Assembly: GCA_024511045.1 (NCBI GenBank) | Contig: JANEMG010000001.1 | Location: 1 to 29,458, forward strand | Source: Gammaproteobacteria bacterium | Lineage (GTDB): Bacteria; Pseudomonadota; Gammaproteobacteria; Methylococcales; Methylomonadaceae | Direction: 5' to 3' | Length of the DNA: 29,458 bases | Translations under genes and position numbers: made by a program | The notes under the pieces: generated by a model | The model's input: only the letters and a program-made list of their open reading frames with translations | Told to the model about the DNA's origin: nothing | Database searches by the model: none | In this document: piece after piece, positions 7,683 to 15,678 of the stretch | How positions within the stretch are numbered: position 1 is the first letter of the stretch | Layout: every line of letters begins with the position of its first letter

Positions 7683-8014
7683 AAAAATCCCCCACACGAG
7701 GTTGTGTTGTTAAAAACCATTTGCCTCGTTACAACAGAGGCTTCTATCACGGTGCGAATAATAGCAGCAAAAGCTGCCCATGACAAGTTTTATGGTGAAT
7801 TATTTTTAATTTTTTATTTGTGCTGTTTCAATGACTAAGCTGCATTAATTAACTGTATTTATCACTGCGTGGCAAAAAAACAACAGAGTCGCCGCAAAAA
7901 AACCACAAGTTCCAGCCAGCAATACCAAAGTTGCTGTTCATGGAAAAAAATCCGCACACTCTGCACTTCTGGGTTTAAAATGATCGATTATCCGTCAATT
8001 CCTTCTCGCAACGC

Positions 8015-9115
8015 ATGTCCAGCAATTCTGACATCACCATCATCGGCGCCGGCATCAGCGGCCTGCTCACCGCCCTGGAATTCTCCCGCGCCGGCGCCAG
8101 CGTCAGCATCGTGGAAAAGAACCGCATCGGCCGGGAATCCTCCTGGGCCGGCGGCGGCATTCTGCTGCCGCTCTATCCCTGGCGCCAGGACCCGGCCATC
8201 ACCACGCTGCTGGTGCAAAGCCTCGAGCTTTATCCCGATCTGGCGGCAGAGCTCCAGGAAAACACCGGCATCGACCCGGAACTGGTGACCAGCGGCCTGC
8301 TGATCACGCAGAATCCGGATTATGACGCCGCCGTCGACTGGTGTGAAGACAACCATTTCACCTGCCAGAACCCGGGTCCGGCCATACTGGCGCCTTTCAA
8401 CGGCGACTTCCTGCAGCCGCTGTGGCTGCCGGAGAGCGCCCATGCCCGCAACCCCCGCCTGCTGAAGGCGCTGCAGAAAGAACTGCAGAACCGGCAGGTG
8501 CGTTTTCTGGAAGACTGCAGCATCACCGGCCTGGAACAGCGCGGCAGCCGCATTCGCTCCCTGCAGACCAGCGCTGGCAAATTGCCGGTGCAGCAGCTGG
8601 TTCTGACCGCCGGCGCCTGGTCGGCGGAATTCTGGCGAAATCTTTTACCGCAATCGGTCAACGCCTGCCCCGACATCTTTCCGGTGAAAGGGCAAATGCT
8701 GCTGTTCGAAGGCGAACAGGGGCTGCTGCCGCACATGGTGCTGGACGACGACGGCTACCTGATTCCCCGCAAAGACGGCAGGATTCTTGTCGGCAGCACC
8801 GTGGAACACTGCGGCTTCGACAAACAGACCACCGAGGCGGCACGTGCACGCCTGGAAAAATTTGCCATCCGCCTTTTCCCGCCTTTGGCCAACTGTCCGC
8901 TGATCGCCCACTGGGCCGGCCTGCGCCCCGGCACCGAACACGGCATACCTTACATAGACCGGCACCCGGCCATCGAAAACCTGAGCATCAACGCCGGACA
9001 CTTCCGCAACGGCCTGGCCATGGGCCCCGCCTCCGCGCAACTGCTGTTCGATCTGATTACCGGACACCCACCCAGCATCGATCCCGCCCCTTTCCGCTTC
9101 GATACCCTACATTAG
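8015..9115 (+). CDS. thiO: FAD-dependent glycine oxidase ThiO (DAO family)
   Basis: IIGAGISG dinucleotide motif, RESSWAGGGIL, PVKGQM, WAGLRPG and GHFRNGL. Confidence 0.8.
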   Translation: MSSNSDITIIGAGISGLLTALEFSRAGASVSIVEKNRIGRESSWAGGGILLPLYPWRQDPAITTLLVQSLELYPDLAAELQENTGIDPELVTSGLLITQNPDYDAAVDWCEDNHFTCQNPGPAILAPFNGDFLQPLWLPESAHARNPRLLKALQKELQNRQVRFLEDCSITGLEQRGSRIRSLQTSAGKLPVQQLVLTAGAWSAEFWRNLLPQSVNACPDIFPVKGQMLLFEGEQGLLPHMVLDDDGYLIPRKDGRILVGSTVEHCGFDKQTTEAARARLEKFAIRLFPPLANCPLIAHWAGLRPGTEHGIPYIDRHPAIENLSINAGHFRNGLAMGPASAQLLFDLITGHPPSIDPAPFRFDTLH

Positions 9116-9144
9116 GCAGCGCATCCACCACACCGGAAAAAACC

Positions 9145-10152
9145 ATGAACCTCTATCCCCTGCTGTTCCGGCTCGACCCGGAAACCGCACATCACGCCAC
9201 GCTGAAGCTGCTGGCCTGGACGCATGCGGCGAAGCTGGACAAGCTGCTCAACCCGAAGCTGCCGGAAAAGCCGGTGACGGTGATGGGCCTGACCTTCCGC
9301 AACCCGGTCGGCCTGGCCGCCGGCCTGGACAAAAACGGTAACTACATCGATGCGCTGGGCGCACTGGGATTCGGCTTTCTGGAAATTGGTACGGTCACGC
9401 CGCGGCCGCAGCCCGGCAACCCCAGACCCAGATTGTTCAGGCTCCCGGAGCACCAGGCGATCATCAACCGCATGGGCTTCAACAACGCCGGTATCGATCA
9501 TCTCCTGGAGAATGTCAATAAAGCCAGTTACCAGGGCATCCTGGGCATCAATATCGGCAAGAATTTCGACACGCCGATGGCAAAGGCAGTCGATGATTAC
9601 CTGGCCGGGCTGCGCAAGGCCTACTCCTGCGCCGACTACATCACCATCAACATCTCCTCGCCGAACACGAAAAACCTGCGCCAGCTGCAGCAGGGCGACG
9701 AAATCAGGCGCTTGCTCGAGACCCTGAAAGAAGAACAGCGCCTTTTGCAAGACAGGCACGGGCGTCACGTCCCGCTGGTGATCAAGATCGCCCCCGACCT
9801 GGAAGACGAGGAAATCCGGCACATCGCCGGACTGCTGCTGGACTTTGAAATCGACGGCGTGATTGCCACCAATACCACCATCGCCCGGGACGCCATCGGG
9901 GATCACCCGCTGGCCGGGGAAGCCGGCGGCCTGAGCGGCGCGCCTTTGAAACAACGCTCAACGGTTGTGCTTAAGGCGCTTGCCGCGGAACTTAACGGAC
10001 GCGTCCCCATCATTGCCGCGGGCGGCATCTGCAGCGCGGCGGACGCCCAGGAAAAGCTCGATGCCGGCGCCAGCCTGGTGCAGATCTACAGCGGTCTGAT
10101 CTTCCACGGCACGCAACTGCTCGCCGATATCGTCAACGGCATACGGCTGTAG
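9145..10152 (+). CDS. pyrD: Quinone-dependent dihydroorotate dehydrogenase (class 2)
   Basis: NPVGLAAGLDKNG, EIGTVTPRPQPGNPRPRLFRL, INISSPNT and GGLSGAPL. The true start is the ATG at 9145, inside track ORF 8422..10152. Confidence 0.96.
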   Translation: MNLYPLLFRLDPETAHHATLKLLAWTHAAKLDKLLNPKLPEKPVTVMGLTFRNPVGLAAGLDKNGNYIDALGALGFGFLEIGTVTPRPQPGNPRPRLFRLPEHQAIINRMGFNNAGIDHLLENVNKASYQGILGINIGKNFDTPMAKAVDDYLAGLRKAYSCADYITINISSPNTKNLRQLQQGDEIRRLLETLKEEQRLLQDRHGRHVPLVIKIAPDLEDEEIRHIAGLLLDFEIDGVIATNTTIARDAIGDHPLAGEAGGLSGAPLKQRSTVVLKALAAELNGRVPIIAAGGICSAADAQEKLDAGASLVQIYSGLIFHGTQLLADIVNGIRL

Positions 10153-10164
10153 AACAAGGGGTAA

Positions 10165-10262
10165 TCGTTCCCACGCTCCGCGTGGGAATGCCTGGCGAAA
10201 CGCTCCGCGTTTCGTGGCTCGGAGCGTCACTGGACGGGTTCCCACGCAGAGCGTGGGAACCA
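10165..10262 (+). repeat. REP-doublet family B, second full copy (98 bp)
   Basis: Collinear with 4327-4424. Confidence 0.9.
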
Positions 10263-10273
10263 TTGCCCCATCG

Positions 10274-10297
10274 CAGGAGCGGCTTCAGCCGCTCCTG
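10274..10297. repeat. Symmetric family A hybrid palindrome
   Basis: Perfect 11-bp inverted repeat CAGGAGCGGCT-TC-AGCCGCTCCTG between convergent genes. Confidence 0.8.
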
Positions 10298-10299
10298 TA

Positions 10300-11079
10300 T
10301 CATTTCAAGGGCGAATCCTTGAGGATGATGGCTCTCATTTTCTGATATTCTTCTTCGCTGATGAAGCCCTCGGACTTCAACCTGTCCGCATCCTTCAGGC
10401 GATCCTCGACACTGAAGATCATGGACTTGCCGTCATCCCTGCAGGGTTCGTGTATGTCGAATGCACCCTGCTCGACGAGCTGCGCATAGAGATGGTTGGC
10501 GAGCCGGTCATAGGTGGCGGATCGCCCACCCTGGCCGAATGGCGCGGCGGGCAACATCAACAGTCCCACGATGGTATTGAAGGAATCGCTTGCCTCCGCC
10601 TCGAAAACGCAGCCGCTCCGGGCATTCTGCAACGAATAATGGACATTGTATTTGGTATCCACGTAGTAAGGGATAGCGGTCAGGGTCAGACCGCTGATGA
10701 TCTGCAGAAATATACTGGAATCGCCTTCCTGATGGCCGCTCAGGGTGATTCTGTAGACCGATGCGTCCGGGAAATTCGACGCTTCGACATAATTGTGGCC
10801 GTAAATGAACCCCGACTCCTGCCATCGATCCAGGATTTCATCGTTGAGCATCCGCCCCGCCTTGTTGGAGGTGATCATTTTTCCGCCATCGAGGTGAAAC
10901 GCGAAGGCGCCGACCGTTTCCTGCACTGCCGGCCGGATTTTCCCGGGAACCGGTTTCACATCGGCCAGTTGATCCCCAGCGATCGTAATGCAACCGGACA
11001 GGGGTGGAATTGCTGTAATCAGCAGCAACCGGGCTGCATTGCCAAGCCATGCAAAATATTGGTTCTGAGTCATGTTCAT
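10300..11079 (-). CDS. Predicted lipoprotein with C-terminal SHOCT-like motif
   Basis: Lipobox-like LSGC after LLLITAIPP. The C-terminal VEDRLKDADRLKSEGFISEEEYQKMRAIIL fits the SHOCT pattern. Start uncertain (11073, 11079, 11091 or 11094). Confidence 0.7.
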   Translation of the reverse strand: MNMTQNQYFAWLGNAARLLLITAIPPLSGCITIAGDQLADVKPVPGKIRPAVQETVGAFAFHLDGGKMITSNKAGRMLNDEILDRWQESGFIYGHNYVEASNFPDASVYRITLSGHQEGDSSIFLQIISGLTLTAIPYYVDTKYNVHYSLQNARSGCVFEAEASDSFNTIVGLLMLPAAPFGQGGRSATYDRLANHLYAQLVEQGAFDIHEPCRDDGKSMIFSVEDRLKDADRLKSEGFISEEEYQKMRAIILKDSPLK

Positions 11080-11092
11080 TGCTTTATCCATC

Positions 11093-11117
11093 ATTCCCAC
11101 GTTCCGCGTGGGAACCA
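11093..11117 (-). repeat. Single family B palindrome
   Basis: ATTCCCACGTTCCGCGTGGGAACCA lies between the pmbA stop and the lipoprotein start. Confidence 0.8.
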
Positions 11118-11128
11118 TGACCGGCGCC

Positions 11129-12466
11129 TCAATTGCCGGCGATGGACATCTGTTCCAGCAGGATCGAGCCGCTGCGGATGTTGCCGCGGCAATCCACGTC
11201 ATTGCCCACGGCCACCAGGTGCAGAAACATGTCCCGCAGGTTACCGGCAATGGTGATTTCCTCGACGGGATACTGAATTTCGCCGTTTTCCACCCAGAAA
11301 CCGGCGGCGCCGCGGGAGTAGTCGCCGGTCACCATATTGACGCCCTGACCCATCAATTCCGTCACCAGCAGACCCCTGTCCAGTTTGCGCAGCATGCTGG
11401 AAAAATCGTCGCTGTCCGGGCCCGGATCGATCAGCAGGTTATGCACCCCGCCTGCGTTGCCGGTGCTCTGCATGCCCAGCTTGCGGGCTGAATAGGTGCT
11501 CAGCACATAGGACTGCAACACCCCGCCGGCGACGATATCCCGGGCATGGGTCGCCACGCCCTCGGCATCGTAGGGCGCGCTGCCCAGGGCCTTGTGCAGA
11601 TGCGGCTGTTCGTGGATATGAATGAATTCCGGAAAAATCTGCCGGCCCAGGGCATCCAGCAGGAAGGACGACTTGCGGTACAGATTGCCGCCGCTGATCG
11701 CTCCCACCAGCGAGCCCAGCAGCCCGGTGGCCACTTCGGCGGCAAACAGCACCGGACATTGCCGGGTGCTCAGACTGCGCGCCTGCAGCCTGGCGATGGC
11801 CCTCTGGGCGGCCTTTTCACCTACCTCCCGGGCCGGCTGCAAATCTTCGGCGGCTCTCGCGACGCTGTACCAGTAATCGCGCTGCATGCTTTCCTCCCGC
11901 TGACCGAGCACGGAACAGACCAGTGAATGCCGCGTGCTCGGATAACCGTGCAGAAAACCCAGTGTGTTGCCGAGAACCGTGACAGCCTGATGGCTGTTGA
12001 CGCTGGCCCCTTCGGAATTGCTGATGTCGGGGTGGTAGCCAAGGGCTGCGGCTTCACAGGCGATGGCCAGATCGATGCCCTCTTCGGCGGACAGCTCCCA
12101 GGGGTGATAGAGATCCAGATCGGGAAATCTGGTCGCCAGCAATTCCTGCTCCGGAAAGCCGGCACAGGCATCGCTGCTGGCATAACGGGCAATGCTGCAG
12201 GCAGCGGCAACGGTCTCACGAATCGACTGCGGCGACAGATCGGTGGCACTGGCGGAACCCTTGCGCTGACCAATGTAAACGGTCACGCCAAGCCCCTGAT
12301 CCTGATGATGCTCGATGGTCTCCACCTCCCCGAACCGGGCCGTGATCGACAGCCCTTTGTCGCTGCTGAGGCTTGCTTCGGCCGAGCTCGCACCCTGTTT
12401 CAGCGCCTCGTCCAGGAGCTCCTGTACGAGGTCTTTCAGTTTCGGGATTTGTTCTTGATTTTGCAC
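11129..12466 (-). CDS. pmbA: Metalloprotease partner PmbA/TldE
   Basis: ETIEHHQDQGLGVTVYIGQRKGSAS, SNSEGAS, MQRDYWY and C-terminal TELMGQGVNMVTGDYSRGAAGFWVENGEIQYPVEEITIAGNL. GTG start at 12466. Confidence 0.95.
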   Translation of the reverse strand: MQNQEQIPKLKDLVQELLDEALKQGASSAEASLSSDKGLSITARFGEVETIEHHQDQGLGVTVYIGQRKGSASATDLSPQSIRETVAAACSIARYASSDACAGFPEQELLATRFPDLDLYHPWELSAEEGIDLAIACEAAALGYHPDISNSEGASVNSHQAVTVLGNTLGFLHGYPSTRHSLVCSVLGQREESMQRDYWYSVARAAEDLQPAREVGEKAAQRAIARLQARSLSTRQCPVLFAAEVATGLLGSLVGAISGGNLYRKSSFLLDALGRQIFPEFIHIHEQPHLHKALGSAPYDAEGVATHARDIVAGGVLQSYVLSTYSARKLGMQSTGNAGGVHNLLIDPGPDSDDFSSMLRKLDRGLLVTELMGQGVNMVTGDYSRGAAGFWVENGEIQYPVEEITIAGNLRDMFLHLVAVGNDVDCRGNIRSGSILLEQMSIAGN

Positions 12467-12559
12467 CGTATAAAACTCTCGGGATAAGCTTGCTAAGGAA
12501 ATTTCCTGCCGGGTTCCGGGCACCTCCCGACACCACCATTGAGGCAAGGCGATAGAGCC

Positions 12560-12625
12560 AGGAGGCGCCGAGGCACGAAACGCATCTTTCGGGGGGCGAT
12601 GCGCTTCCTGTGGTCGGCACATCCC
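12560..12625. repeat. REP-like family D inverted doublet
   Basis: ...GAGGCACGAAACGCATC (to 12586) faces GATGCGCTTCCTGTGGTCGGCACATCC (from 12598). Confidence 0.7.
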
Positions 12626-12626
12626 A

Positions 12627-12709
12627 TGTCAACGGCAGCAGCGGAAGAAATCTTCAACGCCCCTTACGGACCATGACCTTCAAGATCCCTTCTGGCGTCG
12701 GGATGACAA
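12627..12709. repeat. REP-like family C doublet (left arm degenerate)
   Basis: Right arm AAGATCCCTTCTGGCGTCGGGATGACAA is the reverse complement of the motif at 6393 and 6557. Confidence 0.7.
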
Positions 12710-12745
12710 CTATTTTATGACAGCGCGTAACCGAGTGCATACCTG

Positions 12746-14185
12746 TTACAGACTGGTGCCGCCCACCGTCAGTTCATCGATTTTCAGGGTCGGCTGACCC
12801 ACCCCCACCGGCACGCTCTGACCCTCCTTGCCGCAGGTGCCGACACCGCTGTCCAGCTGCAGGTCATCACCGACCATGGAGACCCTGGTCAATACGTCGG
12901 GGCCATTGCCGATCAGAGTCGCCCCTTTCACCGGGCGGGTGATCCGGCCATCCTCGATCAGGTAGGCTTCACTGGCGGAAAACACGAACTTGCCGGAGGT
13001 GATATCCACCTGCCCCCCGCCAAAGTTTTTCGCATAGAGTCCTTTTTTTACCGATTTGACGATCTCCTCCGGATCGTGCTGCCCGGGCAGCATATAGGTG
13101 TTGGTCATCCTGGGCATGGGCAGATGCGCATAGGACTCCCGGCGGCCATTGCCGGTTGGCCGGGCATTCATCAGCCGGGCATTGAGCTTGTCCTGCATAT
13201 ACCCCTTGAGGATGCCGTTTTCGATCAGCACGGTTTTTTCCGTCGGCACGCCCTCGTCATCGATGCTCAGCGATCCCCGCCGATCCGGCAGGGTGCCGTC
13301 GTCGACCACGGTGCACAGCGGCGAGGCCACCCGCGTACCGACCCGTCCGCTGAATGCAGAGGTGCCCTTGCGATTGAAATCGCCTTCCAGACCATGCCCG
13401 ATGGCCTCATGCAGCAGGATTCCCGGCCAGCCCGGCCCCAGCACCACCGGCATGTTGCCCGCCGGCGCGGCGACCGCTTCCAGACTGACCAGCGCCTGCC
13501 GGACTGCCTCCCGACCATATTGCAGCGCTCTTTCCTGATCGATGAAATAGTCGTAGCCGCGACGCGCTCCGCCACCCATGCTGCCCTGCTCCCGGCGTCC
13601 GTTTTCCTCGACGATCACGGTGACGTTCAAGCGCACCAGCGGCCGTACATCGGCAGCCAGCGAGCCATCCTGGCTGGCTACCAGGATGTTCTCATGAACA
13701 CCCACCAGACTGACGATCACCTGCTCGATGCGCGGATCCAGCTTGCGCGTCTCCCTGTCCACGCTGCGCAGCAGATCGATCTTGTCCTGATCGGTCAGCG
13801 ACTGCAGGGGATTGTGCGCTGCGTAATACTGCGGCCAATGCCCGGCCACACGAACAGCGCTGCGCGCCTCCTGACCCTGCCGGGCAATCGCCCTGACATT
13901 GTTGGCGGCCTCCAGCAGCACGGGCAGTTCCAGCCGGTCGCTGTAGGCGAAGCCGGTTTTTTCCCCGGCGACGGCGCGCACCCCGGCGCCCTGTTCGATA
14001 TTGTGACTGCCTTCCTTGATGATGCCGTCTTCCATCTGCCAGGACTCGTAATGACTGGATTGAAAATAGATATCGGCCATATCGACCCGGACACTGAGCA
14101 ACGCGCCCATGATCCGGTCGATGTCCCGGTCCTGCAACCCCGCCGGGGTCAGAATCGATTGTCTTGCCAGTTCTAGTATACTCAT
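12746..14185 (-). CDS. tldD: Metalloprotease TldD
   Basis: [24 protein letters not shown] (HExxxH), [20 protein letters not shown] and [14 protein letters not shown]. Confidence 0.97.
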   Translation of the reverse strand: MSILELARQSILTPAGLQDRDIDRIMGALLSVRVDMADIYFQSSHYESWQMEDGIIKEGSHNIEQGAGVRAVAGEKTGFAYSDRLELPVLLEAANNVRAIARQGQEARSAVRVAGHWPQYYAAHNPLQSLTDQDKIDLLRSVDRETRKLDPRIEQVIVSLVGVHENILVASQDGSLAADVRPLVRLNVTVIVEENGRREQGSMGGGARRGYDYFIDQERALQYGREAVRQALVSLEAVAAPAGNMPVVLGPGWPGILLHEAIGHGLEGDFNRKGTSAFSGRVGTRVASPLCTVVDDGTLPDRRGSLSIDDEGVPTEKTVLIENGILKGYMQDKLNARLMNARPTGNGRRESYAHLPMPRMTNTYMLPGQHDPEEIVKSVKKGLYAKNFGGGQVDITSGKFVFSASEAYLIEDGRITRPVKGATLIGNGPDVLTRVSMVGDDLQLDSGVGTCGKEGQSVPVGVGQPTLKIDELTVGGTSL

Positions 14186-14236
14186 CAGGTCTTCAGGATT
14201 TACTGTCTTTTCAATTGGGGCTGCAGGGGAACATCA

Positions 14237-14860
14237 TCACCGGTCTGTCTGGTCGGCAGGAAGCGTGCGCAGAACCTCGTAAAGCGCCGTGATTATCTCT
14301 TTTTCATTCTTTTTCACATCGATGTAATAATCGTCGTCCCAGACGTCCTCGACGAGCATCTCCGCCACCACGATGGTATAGGAGCGGTGCTGCCGCAGCA
14401 TGATGCGGTATTCGCCCTCGGCGGCGCCAACGGAGGAAAACAGTCCGGTCAGGCCCTCCCAGAAAGAAGAGCCGCCGCTGCCTGTTCTGTCGGGATCATA
14501 GTCGAGATAAAAAACCTTCTTTTCCCGGTCCTTGTCCTTGACCAGGAACATTCTTTCCCGCAGTGCCGCGGCAACCATGGACCAGGACCTGGCAAAGGGT
14601 TCATCGATGGTGATGACCATCGTCTTGTCCTCCAGTTCCTGCAAATGCACGGCTGGATTGTCGATCTGTTCCCGCGCCTGCTCACCGGATGTCTGTGATA
14701 CGGCAGAACCGGCTTCCTGGTACTGCCCCTGATAACCCAGAATTTCCGGCGGACGTTCCAGATCCCTTTGCAAAGCCTCATAGCGGTCGCCATCACTGCT
14801 GCACGCCGTCAGCGACAGCAGCAAAACCATCCACAGGCAATCGGAACAGTCTTTCATCAT
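14237..14860 (-). CDS. Lipoprotein resembling one domain of BamC/NlpB (207 aa)
   Basis: Lipobox LTAC. The segment IDEPFARSWSMVAAALRERMFLVKDKDREKKVFYLDY...FWEGLTGLF resembles the BamC helix-grip repeat. Its ATG overlaps the nitrilase TGA (TGATG). Confidence 0.6.
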   Translation of the reverse strand: MMKDCSDCLWMVLLLSLTACSSDGDRYEALQRDLERPPEILGYQGQYQEAGSAVSQTSGEQAREQIDNPAVHLQELEDKTMVITIDEPFARSWSMVAAALRERMFLVKDKDREKKVFYLDYDPDRTGSGGSSFWEGLTGLFSSVGAAEGEYRIMLRQHRSYTIVVAEMLVEDVWDDDYYIDVKKNEKEIITALYEVLRTLPADQTDR

Positions 14861-15678
14861 CACCGGCAAAAATAACGGCAGTGCTCCAGCACGGGGAATC
14901 CGGCCCGGACCTTTTCCAGGCGTTCCAGATCGATGTCTGCCAGCACGTAGCCGCCACCCGTCTTGTAGCAATCCAGAATCACACCCCAGGGATCGATGAT
15001 CATGCTGTGTCCATAGGTTTTACGGCCGTTGAGATGAAAGCCGCCCTGATTGGGCGCAATCACGTAGCAAAGGTTCTCCACCGCTCTGGCCCGCAGCAGC
15101 AGCTCCCAATGGGCCGCCCCGGTTTCCGCGGTGAATGCCGAGGGAATGACCAGAATCTCCATTCCCTGCATGGTCAGGGTGCGGAAGAACTCCGGAAAGC
15201 GCAAATCATAGCAGACGGCGATGCCCAGTTTGCCAAAGGGGCTGTCGATGACCAGATTGTCGCTGCCCGCCTCAATGGTGTCCGACTCCCGGTATTCCTC
15301 GTCGGAATCCGGCACGCTGACATCGAACAGATGCACCTTGTCATAGCGGCCGACCCGTTCGCCCTTGACGTCATAGATCAGGCAGGCGGCACGAATCTTG
15401 TTTTCATCTTCCGCCTCCAGCGGCACCGTGCCGCCGACGACCCAGACAGCATATTTTCTTGCCATACGCGCCAAAAAATCCTGAATCGGGCCGTCGCCGT
15501 CCTTTTCTCTGGCCTCGATCTTGTCGAATTCTGAATCCCCCATCAGGGCGAAATTTTCCGGCAATGCCACCAGCCCGGCCCCGGCCTTTGCCGCCTCGCC
15601 AATGAGCTTGTCCGCCTCCAGCAGGTTCGCTCTTATATTGGGACTGGATGCCATTTGAATGGCCGCACACTTACTCAT
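14860..15678 (-). CDS. Carbon-nitrogen hydrolase (Nit1/YbeM-like, probable deaminated-glutathione amidase)
   Basis: E-K-C triad motifs LPENF, YDKVHLFDV and VCYDLRFPE, plus AHWELLLRARAVEN. The start at 15678 overlaps the yhdP stop. Confidence 0.9.
   Translation of the reverse strand: MSKCAAIQMASSPNIRANLLEADKLIGEAAKAGAGLVALPENFALMGDSEFDKIEAREKDGDGPIQDFLARMARKYAVWVVGGTVPLEAEDENKIRAACLIYDVKGERVGRYDKVHLFDVSVPDSDEEYRESDTIEAGSDNLVIDSPFGKLGIAVCYDLRFPEFFRTLTMQGMEILVIPSAFTAETGAAHWELLLRARAVENLCYVIAPNQGGFHLNGRKTYGHSMIIDPWGVILDCYKTGGGYVLADIDLERLEKVRAGFPVLEHCRYFCR

Noticed and set aside
7767-7780. Sigma54 promoter for the outer-membrane gene (minus strand TGGGCAGCTTTTGC)
   Set aside because: The GG-to-GC spacing is not the obligatory 10 nt.
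8422-9144. 241-aa N-terminal extension of PyrD (track ORF 576 aa)
   Set aside because: It overlaps thiO in another frame and is low-complexity Pro/Arg/Ala-rich. PyrD similarity starts at the ATG at 9145.
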